Shown here: in pieces, positions 33,755 through 43,065 of the stretch
Layout: each line of letters starts with the position of its first letter
Numbering within the stretch: the stretch's first letter is position 1
Source of the DNA: Marinicella sp.
Lineage (GTDB): Bacteria > Pseudomonadota > Gammaproteobacteria > Xanthomonadales > Marinicellaceae
DNA: 64,000 nt
Assembly (NCBI GenBank): GCA_965230295.1
Contig: OZ246001.1
Location: forward strand, 3,392,001-3,456,000
Reading direction: 5' to 3'
Translations under genes and position numbers: made by a program
The notes under the pieces: generated by a model
Told to the model about the DNA's origin: nothing
Databases searched by the model: none
What the model saw: the letters and a program-made list of their open reading frames with translations, nothing else

Positions 33755-35131
33755 ATGCAAGTAGTTAACTCCGTGTTAGACCTGATCGGTCGCACGCCTA
33801 TGGTTAAAGTCAACCACTTAGACACCGGTCTATGTAATCTATATCTGAAATTGGAGAACATGAATCCTGGCGGCTCGATCAAAGACCGCATCGGCATGTC
33901 TATGATCGAAGAAGCAGAGAAAGCGGGCCAAATAAAACCAGGTGATACCTTGGTAGAAGGCACAGCTGGTAATACCGGCATTGGACTGGCTTTGGTTGCT
34001 GCACAAAAAGGCTACAAACTTATTCTGGTCATTCCGGACAAAATGAGTAAGGAAAAAATCTTCAACCTCAAAGCCATGGGTGCTGAGATTGTTTTGACTC
34101 GTTCTGATGTGGCCAAAGGACATCCACAATATTATCAGGACCTGGCAGCAACCATTGCGGAAGATACGCCAGGTGCTTATTTCATCAATCAGTTTGCTAA
34201 CCCCAACAATCCCAAAGCGCATTATCAAACCACAGCACCTGAGATCTTTGAGCAATTGAATGATCAAGTGGATGCCATTGTTTTTGGTGTTGGATCCAGC
34301 GGTACAGTGACCGGACTCAGCCAGTATGTCAAAGAGCACCACCCCAGCACTGAATTGATTTTGGCTGACCCGGTGGGCAGTATTTTGGCTCAGTACATCA
34401 ACGAAGGCGTACTCAGTGAGGACAGTGGCAGCTGGAAAGTAGAAGGTATTGGTGAGGACTTTCTGCCCAGTATCAGTGATTTTACCCATGTCACCAAAGC
34501 TTATGCTGTCAGTGACCAGGAAAGTTTTGCTGCTGGTCGTGAATTGCTTTGTAAGGAGGGCATTTTAGGTGGCTCTTCAACCGGTACCTTGATGCAAGCA
34601 GCTTTGAATTACTGTCAGGAAGCCACCGAGCCTAAGAATGTGGTGGTCTTTGTTTGTGACACCGGAAATAAATACCTGTCCAAAATGTACAACGACTATT
34701 GGATGATGGACAACGGTTACATTGAAACCAAACAGTATGGTGATTTACGTGATCTTATTTCCAGACCTTATCAGTCAAACGACACCATTGTGATGCGCCC
34801 CAATGAAACGTTGGCAACCGTATATCAACGCATGAAGCTCTATGATGTATCACAAATGCCAGTGATGGAAGGTGATCAAATTGTCGGTATCATTGATGAA
34901 TCTGATGTGTTGATGAAAGTATTCGAAAATGCCCAGGCTTTTGATGACACGGTGGCGACAGCCATGACCAGTAACCTGGAGTTTCTGAGCATCAAAACCC
35001 CATTAGACCAGTTGATGCCTATTTTTGATGAAGGCAAAGTGGCCATTGTGAAAGAAAATGATCAATTCCTGGGTCTGATAACGCGCATTGATTTACTCAA
35101 TTACCTCAGAAGGGTTGATATCAACCAATGA
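33755..35131 (+). CDS. Cystathionine beta-synthase (PLP domain plus CBS pair)
   Basis: NPGGSIKDR, GNTG, VEGIG and KYLSKMYND motifs; C-terminal CBS domains. Confidence 0.88.
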   Translation: MQVVNSVLDLIGRTPMVKVNHLDTGLCNLYLKLENMNPGGSIKDRIGMSMIEEAEKAGQIKPGDTLVEGTAGNTGIGLALVAAQKGYKLILVIPDKMSKEKIFNLKAMGAEIVLTRSDVAKGHPQYYQDLAATIAEDTPGAYFINQFANPNNPKAHYQTTAPEIFEQLNDQVDAIVFGVGSSGTVTGLSQYVKEHHPSTELILADPVGSILAQYINEGVLSEDSGSWKVEGIGEDFLPSISDFTHVTKAYAVSDQESFAAGRELLCKEGILGGSSTGTLMQAALNYCQEATEPKNVVVFVCDTGNKYLSKMYNDYWMMDNGYIETKQYGDLRDLISRPYQSNDTIVMRPNETLATVYQRMKLYDVSQMPVMEGDQIVGIIDESDVLMKVFENAQAFDDTVATAMTSNLEFLSIKTPLDQLMPIFDEGKVAIVKENDQFLGLITRIDLLNYLRRVDINQ

Positions 35132-35179
35132 AACCAAATATCTGGTCCACAAAATAAAATCTTGAGCCACTGAATTGAC

Positions 35180-36358
35180 ATGAAAAACAACGAATACAAA
35201 AAAGACAAAGCCTATAAAGGCTTGCAAACCAAAGCCATCCATGCAGGACAATTTGTGGATGAAACCACTGGGGCAGTGATGCCACCCATTTACACCACGT
35301 CTACCTACGTACAGAGCAGCCCTGGTAAACACCAGGGTTTTGAGTATTCGCGGTCGCACAATCCGACACGCTTTGCATATGAACGTGCTGTGGCAGCCAT
35401 GGAAAATGGTACCCATGGGTTTGCTTTTGCTTCAGGAATGGCGGCCACTTCAACGATCATTGAATTGTTAGACTCAGGCGATCATGTGATCGCCATGGAT
35501 GATTTGTATGGCGGGACCAACCGCTTGTTTCGCATGGTGAGAAAGCGCACTGCGAATTTGGACTTTGATTATGTGGATTTGACTCAAGAAATTGATAATC
35601 TGGATCAATTCCTCAAAGCCAACAGCAAAATGATTTGGGTGGAAACCCCAACCAATCCGATGCTGAAAGTGGTAGATATCGAAAAGATTGTGGCCTTTGC
35701 TCAACAGCATGGCTTGTTGACAGTGGTGGACAACACTTTTGCGTCTCCATACCTGCAAAACCCTTTGGACATGGGCGTGGATTTGGTGATGCATTCGGCC
35801 ACCAAATTCATCAATGGCCATTCTGATATGGTCGGTGGATTTGTGGCGGTGAATGACCACGAACTGGCAGAACAGGTGGGCTTTTTACAAAATGCCATTG
35901 GTGGAGTGGCTGGACCTTTTGATGCCTATCAAGCACTGCGCGGATTCAAGACATTGCCTTTGCGCATGGAAAAACACTGTCAAAATGCCCAAACCATTGC
36001 CGAGTGGTTAGAAAATGACCCTCGAGTGGAAAAAGTGATTTACCCGGGCTTACCTTCTCACCCGCAACATGAGCTGGCTAAAAAACAAATGCGTGGTTTT
36101 GGTGGCATCATCACAGTACTGATCAAAGGTGGTGTAGAAGAAACCGCTGCCATGATGGAAAAATGTCACCTATTCGCTTTGGCTGAGTCCTTGGGCGGTA
36201 TCGAGTCATTGATCAACCACCCCGCCATCATGACCCATGCATCAGTCCCAGCTGAGCAACGCGCGCAAATTGGTATCACCGATAATTTGGTGCGGTTGTC
36301 CGTCGGCATCGAAGATGTCGAAGACCTGATAGAAGAATTGGATCACGCATTGGGCTGA
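35180..36358 (+). CDS. Cystathionine gamma-lyase/synthase
   Basis: YSRSHNPTR, ETPTNP, HSATKFINGHSD and AESLGG motifs. Confidence 0.9.
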   Translation: MKNNEYKKDKAYKGLQTKAIHAGQFVDETTGAVMPPIYTTSTYVQSSPGKHQGFEYSRSHNPTRFAYERAVAAMENGTHGFAFASGMAATSTIIELLDSGDHVIAMDDLYGGTNRLFRMVRKRTANLDFDYVDLTQEIDNLDQFLKANSKMIWVETPTNPMLKVVDIEKIVAFAQQHGLLTVVDNTFASPYLQNPLDMGVDLVMHSATKFINGHSDMVGGFVAVNDHELAEQVGFLQNAIGGVAGPFDAYQALRGFKTLPLRMEKHCQNAQTIAEWLENDPRVEKVIYPGLPSHPQHELAKKQMRGFGGIITVLIKGGVEETAAMMEKCHLFALAESLGGIESLINHPAIMTHASVPAEQRAQIGITDNLVRLSVGIEDVEDLIEELDHALG

Positions 36359-36367
36359 TTCAATCCT

Positions 36368-36432
36368 GTTATTCCGACTAGAGAAAAACAGAAACAGTCA
36401 TTCCGACCGAGCAGTGCGAGTGGAGGAATCTC
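36368..36432. repeat. REP-like GTCATTCC palindromic repeat plus a partial upstream copy
   Basis: GTTATTCCGACTAGAG at 36368 and GTCATTCCGACCGAG...GGAGGAATCTC at 36397-36432. Confidence 0.55.
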
Positions 36433-36460
36433 CTAACGGATTGAACAAACATAATCTGCC

Positions 36461-36489
36461 GTCATCCTCGGGCTTGACCCGGGGATCCA
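36461..36489 (+). repeat. REP-like palindrome, left arm of an inverted pair
   Basis: GTCATCCTCGGG-CTTGA-CCCGGGGATCCA hairpin. Confidence 0.7.
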
Positions 36490-36563
36490 TTTTTTAATGC
36501 TTAAGATTAAATATGAGGCTATTAATTAAAGCATGATATTTTAATTAGGATAAGCTTAATGAA

Positions 36564-37010
36564 ATGATTAAATATACCTTAATATTTATATTCTATTTGA
36601 TTGAGATTGATGCTTGCGAGATTGATCAATACATTGCTCCAATGACTACAACTGAACTGATACTTAAAGAAAAGAAAGGTCTCAGTGGTACAACCGGTGC
36701 TGTGATGATTCAATGGAGATTTGATGCATGCGAGATTCTTACTTCTGGCTATAACCTCTTAAATGATACAGAAAAAGCACTAGAAGATGAATGTCAAAAC
36801 GTTACTTTGATAACCTCTAACACTGAAACACACTATTTATCACAGGCCGATTCGTCAATAAAAGGAAGTTTACACCCTGATTTAGTAACAATGGCATGGA
36901 TGAGAAATGAAAAAACTAACCTTTACGTTAATGATGGATTAACAAGTGGTAAATTGATATATGACGGTTATGGAAATAAAGGCAAAACTTTAACTGAGTG
37001 TATGGATTAA
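36564..37010 (+). CDS. Hypothetical secreted protein, AT-rich
   Basis: 148-aa ORF with a signal-like N-terminus and four Cys; visibly AT-richer than neighbours. Confidence 0.6.
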   Translation: MIKYTLIFIFYLIEIDACEIDQYIAPMTTTELILKEKKGLSGTTGAVMIQWRFDACEILTSGYNLLNDTEKALEDECQNVTLITSNTETHYLSQADSSIKGSLHPDLVTMAWMRNEKTNLYVNDGLTSGKLIYDGYGNKGKTLTECMD

Positions 37011-37050
37011 TCTATCTTTTAACACAAGTACTTGTGGTGATTTAATGCAA

Positions 37051-37101
37051 TGGATTCCCGGTTCACCAAAAGTAGGTTCTTTAATGGAGAACGAGGATAA
37101 C
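37051..37101 (-). repeat. Degenerate inverted copy of the 36461 palindrome
   Basis: TGGATTCCCGGTTCA-[insert]-CGAGGATAAC versus expected TGGATCCCCGGGTCA-AGCC-CGAGGATGAC. Confidence 0.55.
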
Positions 37102-37138
37102 TAAATTCAGGGATTACTTTTAAACGAATGTCCAAATA

Positions 37139-37690
37139 TTACTCAGTATATTCTTCGATCAACTCGATATTTAAATGATAAGCAGCTGTGGCTAAATCAT
37201 GGGATTTAATTGAGGTGGTGAGCAGTCCTGAAAAATCAAATGGTTCGTAAATTTTCTCCAAGCTGAAACCATTCTTATAGACCCCGAAAAGCGTTTGATT
37301 GGGTGGTGGGGGCGGGTAATGTATACAAGCCCCAAAGTAAGGAACGATAAAAAACTCTGTTGTTTTATCGCCTTCAATGGAGACAGGTACAATAAACCCT
37401 GGTATTTTGATGTTTTTATTGTTCAGAGACTCTACGATGTTGGTTGATGTAAGTGCTCTCTGATATTCATCGTCTGCAGCCAGCATCAATGAATTGAATA
37501 CCTGATTTGAAATGTCATCCTGAGCGCTACCTTCAGGAATATTGAATAATTCTTCTGGCGGGTTGTACAAAGCATTCATGTCATCATGGGGCATTAAATC
37601 AACCCACTGAATTCTTTTAAATTTTTCTGTTTCAGCCATGATGGCGTTTGTGAATATCAGCGTGAACAAGATAAATTTTATTTTATTCAT
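37139..37690 (-). CDS. DUF3299 protein (component of Zrg-type zinc ABC systems)
   Basis: WVDLMP, IPGFIVP and VPYFGACIHYPPPPPNQ motifs. Confidence 0.9.
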   Translation of the reverse strand: MNKIKFILFTLIFTNAIMAETEKFKRIQWVDLMPHDDMNALYNPPEELFNIPEGSAQDDISNQVFNSLMLAADDEYQRALTSTNIVESLNNKNIKIPGFIVPVSIEGDKTTEFFIVPYFGACIHYPPPPPNQTLFGVYKNGFSLEKIYEPFDFSGLLTTSIKSHDLATAAYHLNIELIEEYTE

Positions 37691-37711
37691 GGTACGTGGG
37701 CTTTGAAATGT

Positions 37712-37728
37712 GTGATATATTGTATCAC
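37712..37728. promoter_or_regulatory. Zur-type operator 1
   Basis: GTGATA-TATTG-TATCAC in the divergent DUF3299/ABC ATPase gap. Confidence 0.75.
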
Positions 37729-37810
37729 TTTTTTATGGGCCTGAATCAAAGCTTGTTTTAAATATATAGAGCCTTCGAATGCCATCAAGTTAAACAGTCA
37801 TCATTCAGTC

Positions 37811-38470
37811 ATGATAAAAATAGATAATTTAAAGTTTCGTTACAACAATCAGGAAACTGATACCATTAACATTCCATCTTGGCACATCAAACATGAAGAC
37901 ATTGTTTTTCTATCAGGTCATTCTGGTTCTGGGAAGTCTACCCTAATTAACATTTTGGCTGGACTGCTCAATCCTGACCATGGAACAGTTGGTATTGATG
38001 GCACTTCTATTGAGCGATTAAAGCCAAAACTAAAAAACAGGTTCAGGGCCAACCACATTGGCCTGATCAGTCAACAATTCAACTTAATTCCGTACTTGAG
38101 CGTGTTTGAAAACATCAACTTAGCCCATTCATTTCAAAATGGGAAGAATGCTGATTTAACCAATGATGTGAAAGTTTTGATGGATAAGTTAAAGTTACAG
38201 CCTTCTTTGTTGTACAACAGGGCCAGTGAACTCAGTATAGGTCAACAACAGCGAGTGGCGATTATCCGAGCCATGATTAACAAGCCCAAATTGCTGTTGG
38301 CAGATGAACCCACTTCGGCACTTGACCACCAAGCTAAATTCAGTTTCATTGAATTGCTCAACAGCACTGCAGTGAAACACCAAATGACACTCCTGTTCAT
38401 CAGTCATGATGTGACATTAAAAAGATACTTTCCTACTACTGTTGATATGGAGCAAATCAATGTTGTTTAA
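37811..38470 (+). CDS. ABC ATPase (LolD/MacB-like, Zrg-type)
   Basis: GHSGSGKST, LSIGQQQRV and LLADEPT motifs. Confidence 0.9.
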   Translation: MIKIDNLKFRYNNQETDTINIPSWHIKHEDIVFLSGHSGSGKSTLINILAGLLNPDHGTVGIDGTSIERLKPKLKNRFRANHIGLISQQFNLIPYLSVFENINLAHSFQNGKNADLTNDVKVLMDKLKLQPSLLYNRASELSIGQQQRVAIIRAMINKPKLLLADEPTSALDHQAKFSFIELLNSTAVKHQMTLLFISHDVTLKRYFPTTVDMEQINVV

Positions 38471-39707
38471 TTTGGCTTTTAAGAGCTTGCTCAACAGAAA
38501 GTCAGCAGTGATTTTGACTGTAGTCTCCATAACTGTGGGCATCTTGTTATTGATTTCATTTTCATTCATCAAAGATCAAGTCAGAACCAGTTTTTCAAAA
38601 ACCATCAATGGTATAGATTTGATCGTAGGGAGCAAAACCAGTGACATCAATTTATTGCTTTATTCAGTATTTCATGTAGGTTCTGCGACAAACAATATCA
38701 GTTGGGATGGTTATCAAAAACTCAAAAATGATCAATCAGTGTCTTGGGCCATACCAATTTCCTTGGGTGATTCACACGCCGGTTACCGCGTCATAGGAAC
38801 CAGTGATGCTTATCTGAAGCATTATCGATTTGGTAATAAGCAAGCCATGAACTTTGAGCAGGGGGAATGGTTCATTCACCCTTTTGATATTGTATTGGGT
38901 CAAGAAGTGGCTGAAAAATTGAATTACCAGGTCGGTGATTTGATTTCACTTTCTCACGGAGTCAGCAAAACCAGTTTTAAAAAACATGATCAAATCGGGT
39001 TTAAAGTTACGGGTATACTGAATAACACCGGCACCCCCATTGATCAATCTCTGTTCGTTTCTTTAACAGGTTTAGAAGCCGTCCACTTGAATTGGCCAAA
39101 AACTGAACCCGAGCAACAGCACTTGATTCAATATATTGAAGAAAACGGATTGCAACCTAAATCAATTACAGCAACGTTTCTGGCCCTTAAAAACAAGTCA
39201 TCCACTTTTGTAGTACAAAGAAAAATTAATCAAAACAGTGATGAACCCTTACAAGCCGTTTTACCAGGGGTTGCGTTAGCCCAACTGTGGAACTTGTCTA
39301 AAATGTTTGAACAATCACTTTGGTTGGTAGGCGTCTTGGTATTTGTTACCACCATTATCGGTATGATCAATATGCTGATTGTTTCTTTGCAATCGCGAAA
39401 AAAAGAATTGGCTCTTCTCAGAATCATTGGAGCCAGTCCAATGTATTGTTTTCTGCTGGTGCAAATTGAATCTTTTTTGGTCGTATTAACAGCCATCTTA
39501 ATGGCCTTGGCATTTGGCTATCTTATCTTTTGGCTTTTGGGCGACTGGTTCGGTACTCAATATGGCATTTACGTTGATTTACAGTCATACTTAAGTATCG
39601 ATTTACTGATCATATTTGCTGTTTTATCCTTGGCATCAATCATCTTGGTTTGTATTCCTGCCACTATGTTTTATCGGCAATCTATTGTAAAAAACATCAA
39701 TCACTGA
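38460..39707 (+). CDS. ABC permease (FtsX/MacB-like, Zrg-type)
   Basis: DLIVG, LLLYSVFH, PISLGDSHAGYRVIGT and GTPID motifs. Confidence 0.88.
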   Translation: MLFNLAFKSLLNRKSAVILTVVSITVGILLLISFSFIKDQVRTSFSKTINGIDLIVGSKTSDINLLLYSVFHVGSATNNISWDGYQKLKNDQSVSWAIPISLGDSHAGYRVIGTSDAYLKHYRFGNKQAMNFEQGEWFIHPFDIVLGQEVAEKLNYQVGDLISLSHGVSKTSFKKHDQIGFKVTGILNNTGTPIDQSLFVSLTGLEAVHLNWPKTEPEQQHLIQYIEENGLQPKSITATFLALKNKSSTFVVQRKINQNSDEPLQAVLPGVALAQLWNLSKMFEQSLWLVGVLVFVTTIIGMINMLIVSLQSRKKELALLRIIGASPMYCFLLVQIESFLVVLTAILMALAFGYLIFWLLGDWFGTQYGIYVDLQSYLSIDLLIIFAVLSLASIILVCIPATMFYRQSIVKNINH

Positions 39708-39724
39708 TTTAATTTATGTTTTTG

Positions 39725-39743
39725 AATGATATAATGTATCATT
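39725..39743. promoter_or_regulatory. Zur-type operator 2, overlapping an extended -10
   Basis: AATGATA-TAATG-TATCATT containing TGnTATAAT; upstream of the merC-zrgA-zur-COG0523 run. Confidence 0.8.
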
Positions 39744-39759
39744 TTAAAGATGGTTTTAT

Positions 39760-40131
39760 ATGACATTAGATAAAGATTATTTGGGTGTCTTTGTGTCTGG
39801 TCTTTGCCTGATTCACTGCATTGCAGGCCCCTTGTTACTGGCTTTTGGGGCCACATCAATTGGATTGACCTTGTTTGAAGATGAACGGATTCACCTGTTT
39901 TTAGTCGTCCCGATTTTTTTCTTGGCCGTTTGGAGCATACCAAAAGGGACCAAAGCCCATCACCATCCCTTACCTGCGATTGCAGGTACAGCAGGCATCA
40001 TCTGTCTATTTGCGGGACTCATGCTGGAAGAATTGGAATTGATACTGACCGTTACAGCCACAGTCCTGTTGATATTTGCCCACTTGTCCAACAAATGGTT
40101 GTTAACGCAAGCAGTGGGTTATGACCAGTAA
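39760..40131 (+). CDS. MerC-domain membrane protein, copy 1
   Basis: DK...SGLCLIHC motif, 4 TM helices, terminal AHxxN. Confidence 0.85.
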   Translation: MTLDKDYLGVFVSGLCLIHCIAGPLLLAFGATSIGLTLFEDERIHLFLVVPIFFLAVWSIPKGTKAHHHPLPAIAGTAGIICLFAGLMLEELELILTVTATVLLIFAHLSNKWLLTQAVGYDQ

Positions 40132-40141
40132 TTGAATAACA

Positions 40142-40687
40142 ATGAAGTCAAGAATAGTCATCATTATTTTGTTGTTGGTGTTTGTAAAGAATTTACAAGC
40201 CGGTGGCGCTCATGTTCACGGACATGCCCGCATGACCATAGTTTTGGACGGTGAAACCTTACAGGTAACAATCATTTTTGCAGCCCATGATTTGCTGGGG
40301 TTTGAACATGCACCCAATACGCCAGAAGAGCAGCAATTGATTGATGCCGCTGTGGCGGAATTAGAAAACAATCAATCATGGTTGGTCTTAAGTGGCGGGG
40401 CATGTAACACACAGTCAGTACAAATTGTGAACCCTTTTCATCATCTAGGTCATGAACATCATGGTGCCAATGAACATGACCACAATCATGCGTCTCAAAC
40501 CTTTCATTACGATTTTGAACTCGCCATTAAATATGAATGTGAAAAACCAGCTGAATTAGACAGTTTAACGGTTAAAATACATCAAAAGTACGATGCCATC
40601 AGAGAGTTAGAGGTTCAATGGTTGGTTGATGATAAACAAGGTTTGACCCATGTAACCCCAGATCAAGCCACGGTGAAGTTTAAATGA
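40142..40687 (+). CDS. zrgA: DUF2796 His-rich periplasmic zinc-binding protein
   Basis: AHVHG and GFEHAP motifs, His-rich loop, signal peptide. Confidence 0.85.
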   Translation: MKSRIVIIILLLVFVKNLQAGGAHVHGHARMTIVLDGETLQVTIIFAAHDLLGFEHAPNTPEEQQLIDAAVAELENNQSWLVLSGGACNTQSVQIVNPFHHLGHEHHGANEHDHNHASQTFHYDFELAIKYECEKPAELDSLTVKIHQKYDAIRELEVQWLVDDKQGLTHVTPDQATVKFK

Positions 40688-41151
40688 ATACATCTGCAGT
40701 CAATAATATTTTGAGTAGAGCCGAAGTCAAGTGCAAGGAATCCGGTGCCAAGTTAACTGAAAAAAGAAAACTGGTTTTACGTCAATTGATCGAAACCAAC
40801 AAACTGTTGTCAGCATACGAAATTGTTGACCGGATGAAAACCCGATCGGAAAGAAGCATGCCTGCCATGTCTGTGTATCGCATACTCGATTTTCTAGAGT
40901 CAGCCAGCTTGGTCCACAAAATTGAATCTCAAAACAAATATGTAGCTTGTCGACATATCCAATGTGATCATCAACATCAATCGGCTCAATTCCTCATTTG
41001 TCAAAGCTGTGATTATGTGCGTGAAATTAATTTGAATCACATTGTGCTGGAAGACGTCCAAAGATTGGCTGAAATGGAAGATTTCAATCTTGAATTTTCA
41101 GTGATGGAGTTTAATGGTTTGTGTCACAACTGCCAACAAACGAACGCATAA
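40684..41151 (+). CDS. zur: Fur-family regulator, Zur subtype
   Basis: SAYEI, SVYRILDFL, HKIES..KYVAC, FLICQSC and GLCHNC motifs; zinc-gene context. Confidence 0.85.
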   Translation: MNTSAVNNILSRAEVKCKESGAKLTEKRKLVLRQLIETNKLLSAYEIVDRMKTRSERSMPAMSVYRILDFLESASLVHKIESQNKYVACRHIQCDHQHQSAQFLICQSCDYVREINLNHIVLEDVQRLAEMEDFNLEFSVMEFNGLCHNCQQTNA

Positions 41152-41179
41152 TATTCACTGATCATTCCAGGAGTCCTTT

Positions 41180-42214
41180 GTGCAGTCAAAAATAAGGCAT
41201 GTACCAACCAACATCATCACTGGATTTTTAGGCACAGGTAAGACATCCACAATACAGCATTTACTTTCATTTAAACCTGAAAATGAAAGGTGGGCTGTCT
41301 TGGTTAACGAGTTTGGTACAGTAGGTATCGATGCATCATTGTATCAAAACAGACACACTGAGTCCGGCGGCATATATGTACGAGAGGTCCCAGGGGGTTG
41401 TATGTGTTGTGTTTCGGGCTTACCCATGCAAATTGCACTGAATGTATTGTTGAAGCTCTCAAACCCCCATCGCCTGTTGATTGAGCCGAGTGGTTTGGGA
41501 CACCCCGTTGAAGTGGTTTCTATGTTGATGTCTGAACACTACCAAGAAGTTTTAGATATACAAAAAATCATTACATTGGTGGACCCACAACATTTCATAC
41601 AAGAAAAGTACTTTAGCCATGAAACATATCAACAACAGTTGTATATAGCTGACACCTGGGTCATCAATAAAACTGATAAGGCATCGGTACAGCAAATGGA
41701 GGCATTTGAACAAAAGCTGTTTCAAGTTTCGCCTAAACCGGAGAACCAGTTTCACACTAGGTTTGGCCAAATTAATCTTGATTCACTGAATGGCAAAACT
41801 GGCTTTCAAGCTAATGATAAAGTCAATGTTCATGGTAGGAAAGACGTGGTTGATGAAATTCCTGATCAGCCAAATATTCCACCAGACAAAGGGTTTTTAA
41901 AATCCAGTCGATTTGATGAGGGTTATCATGGAACCAGTTGGCGCTATCTAAAAAACATTAAATTCAGTAGATCCTTGTTGCTGGATTGGATTAAAAGTAT
42001 CGAGGCAGAAAGAATCAAAGGTGTTTTTAATACCAATGTGGGAGTGATTGGTTTAAATGTTTTACAAGGTCAAATGCAAATCATTGATTTTGCTGATTGT
42101 GCTGAATCAAAACTGGAAATCATTTCTAAAGACATTAACCCAAGCTGGGATGTAGAACTGGCTGCCTGTGTCATTAAAAATGAAACCAGAACTGTTGTAC
42201 AAGCCTGTAGTTGA
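41180..42214 (+). CDS. COG0523/CobW-family G3E GTPase metallochaperone
   Basis: GFLGTGKT, NEFG, GCMCC, EPSGLGHP and NKTD motifs. Confidence 0.92.
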   Translation: MQSKIRHVPTNIITGFLGTGKTSTIQHLLSFKPENERWAVLVNEFGTVGIDASLYQNRHTESGGIYVREVPGGCMCCVSGLPMQIALNVLLKLSNPHRLLIEPSGLGHPVEVVSMLMSEHYQEVLDIQKIITLVDPQHFIQEKYFSHETYQQQLYIADTWVINKTDKASVQQMEAFEQKLFQVSPKPENQFHTRFGQINLDSLNGKTGFQANDKVNVHGRKDVVDEIPDQPNIPPDKGFLKSSRFDEGYHGTSWRYLKNIKFSRSLLLDWIKSIEAERIKGVFNTNVGVIGLNVLQGQMQIIDFADCAESKLEIISKDINPSWDVELAACVIKNETRTVVQACS

Positions 42215-42444
42215 TCTCTGAATTAAAGATGATCAACTCAACAATGAGTGGCCCAACAACCCAATCTGAAAGGTTGATGGTGTTGATACCCTAAGGAGAA
42301 TGGTATCGTCGGACTCTTTCAAGGCCTCAAAACGTAAATTGCTTTTGATTTCGATACATGCTTTACCATCGCTTGTTGAAGGGTTTTTCAATTAATCAAT
42401 TAAAACCAACACATAAAAACATATTTAGATTTATTAATTCACAG

Positions 42445-42467
42445 AAAATGATATAATGTATCATTTT
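42445..42467. promoter_or_regulatory. Zur-type operator 3, overlapping an extended -10
   Basis: AAAATGATA-TAATG-TATCATTTT with perfect 9-bp arms. Confidence 0.8.
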
Positions 42468-42477
42468 GGGATTGTTC

Positions 42478-42837
42478 ATGGTTGTTGATAAAGATGTGGT
42501 AGGCGCATTTATTTCAGGCATTTGTTTGGTTCATTGTTTGTTAGGGCCCATTCTTATCTTGTTGGGTGTGGCTTCTTTGGGTCATGCACACACAGATGAA
42601 AAAGCCTTCCATTTTATATTGCTAGTTCCCATACTTATGGTGGCTGCCTGGAGTTTACCCAAAGGCTTGAAAAAACATCACCAACCAATACCTGCAATAT
42701 TGGCTGTTGCAGGAATTTTGCTCTTAATGATTGGATTGGTGTTCATTGAATTAAGCTTAATTTTTTCTGTTTTTGGTTCATTGTCTTTGTTGGTTGCACA
42801 TATATATAACCGTCAGTTGATGAACAAACAGCGATGA
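42478..42837 (+). CDS. MerC-domain membrane protein, copy 2
   Basis: DKD...SGICLVHC and AHIYN motifs; paralog of 39760. Confidence 0.85.
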   Translation: MVVDKDVVGAFISGICLVHCLLGPILILLGVASLGHAHTDEKAFHFILLVPILMVAAWSLPKGLKKHHQPIPAILAVAGILLLMIGLVFIELSLIFSVFGSLSLLVAHIYNRQLMNKQR

Positions 42838-42861
42838 GTGCAGAAGTTTTTCAAAAAATTA

Positions 42862-42878
42862 ATGATATGTTGTATCAT
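42862..42878. promoter_or_regulatory. Zur-type operator 4
   Basis: ATGATA-TGTTG-TATCAT upstream of the M1 peptidase. Confidence 0.72.
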
Positions 42879-43065
42879 GTTGCAGCTGATATGAGCGTTA
42901 CATTGTGGGCTTTATTGGTTATTGATAATTATTAATGTATAGAGGGAAGCACTTGGCAGGCATGTCAGCAAGTGTTCCATTCTAAAAAAATCTTATTCAC
43001 AACACATGACATCAACTTGGTCCAAAAAAGTAAGACTGATACCCATGTTGATGAGGAGCATTGAA

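Noticed and set aside
33839-34489. 216-aa antisense ORF, and the many other short ORFs in the track nested inside genes
   Set aside because: Shadow frames of well-supported genes on the opposite strand or in another frame.
39760-42837. Mercury resistance locus
   Set aside because: No merA, merR, merT or merP; context and operators point to zinc.
42834-42935. 33-aa ORF overlapping the second merC stop
   Set aside because: Runs through operator 4 and has no recognisable motif; probably chance.
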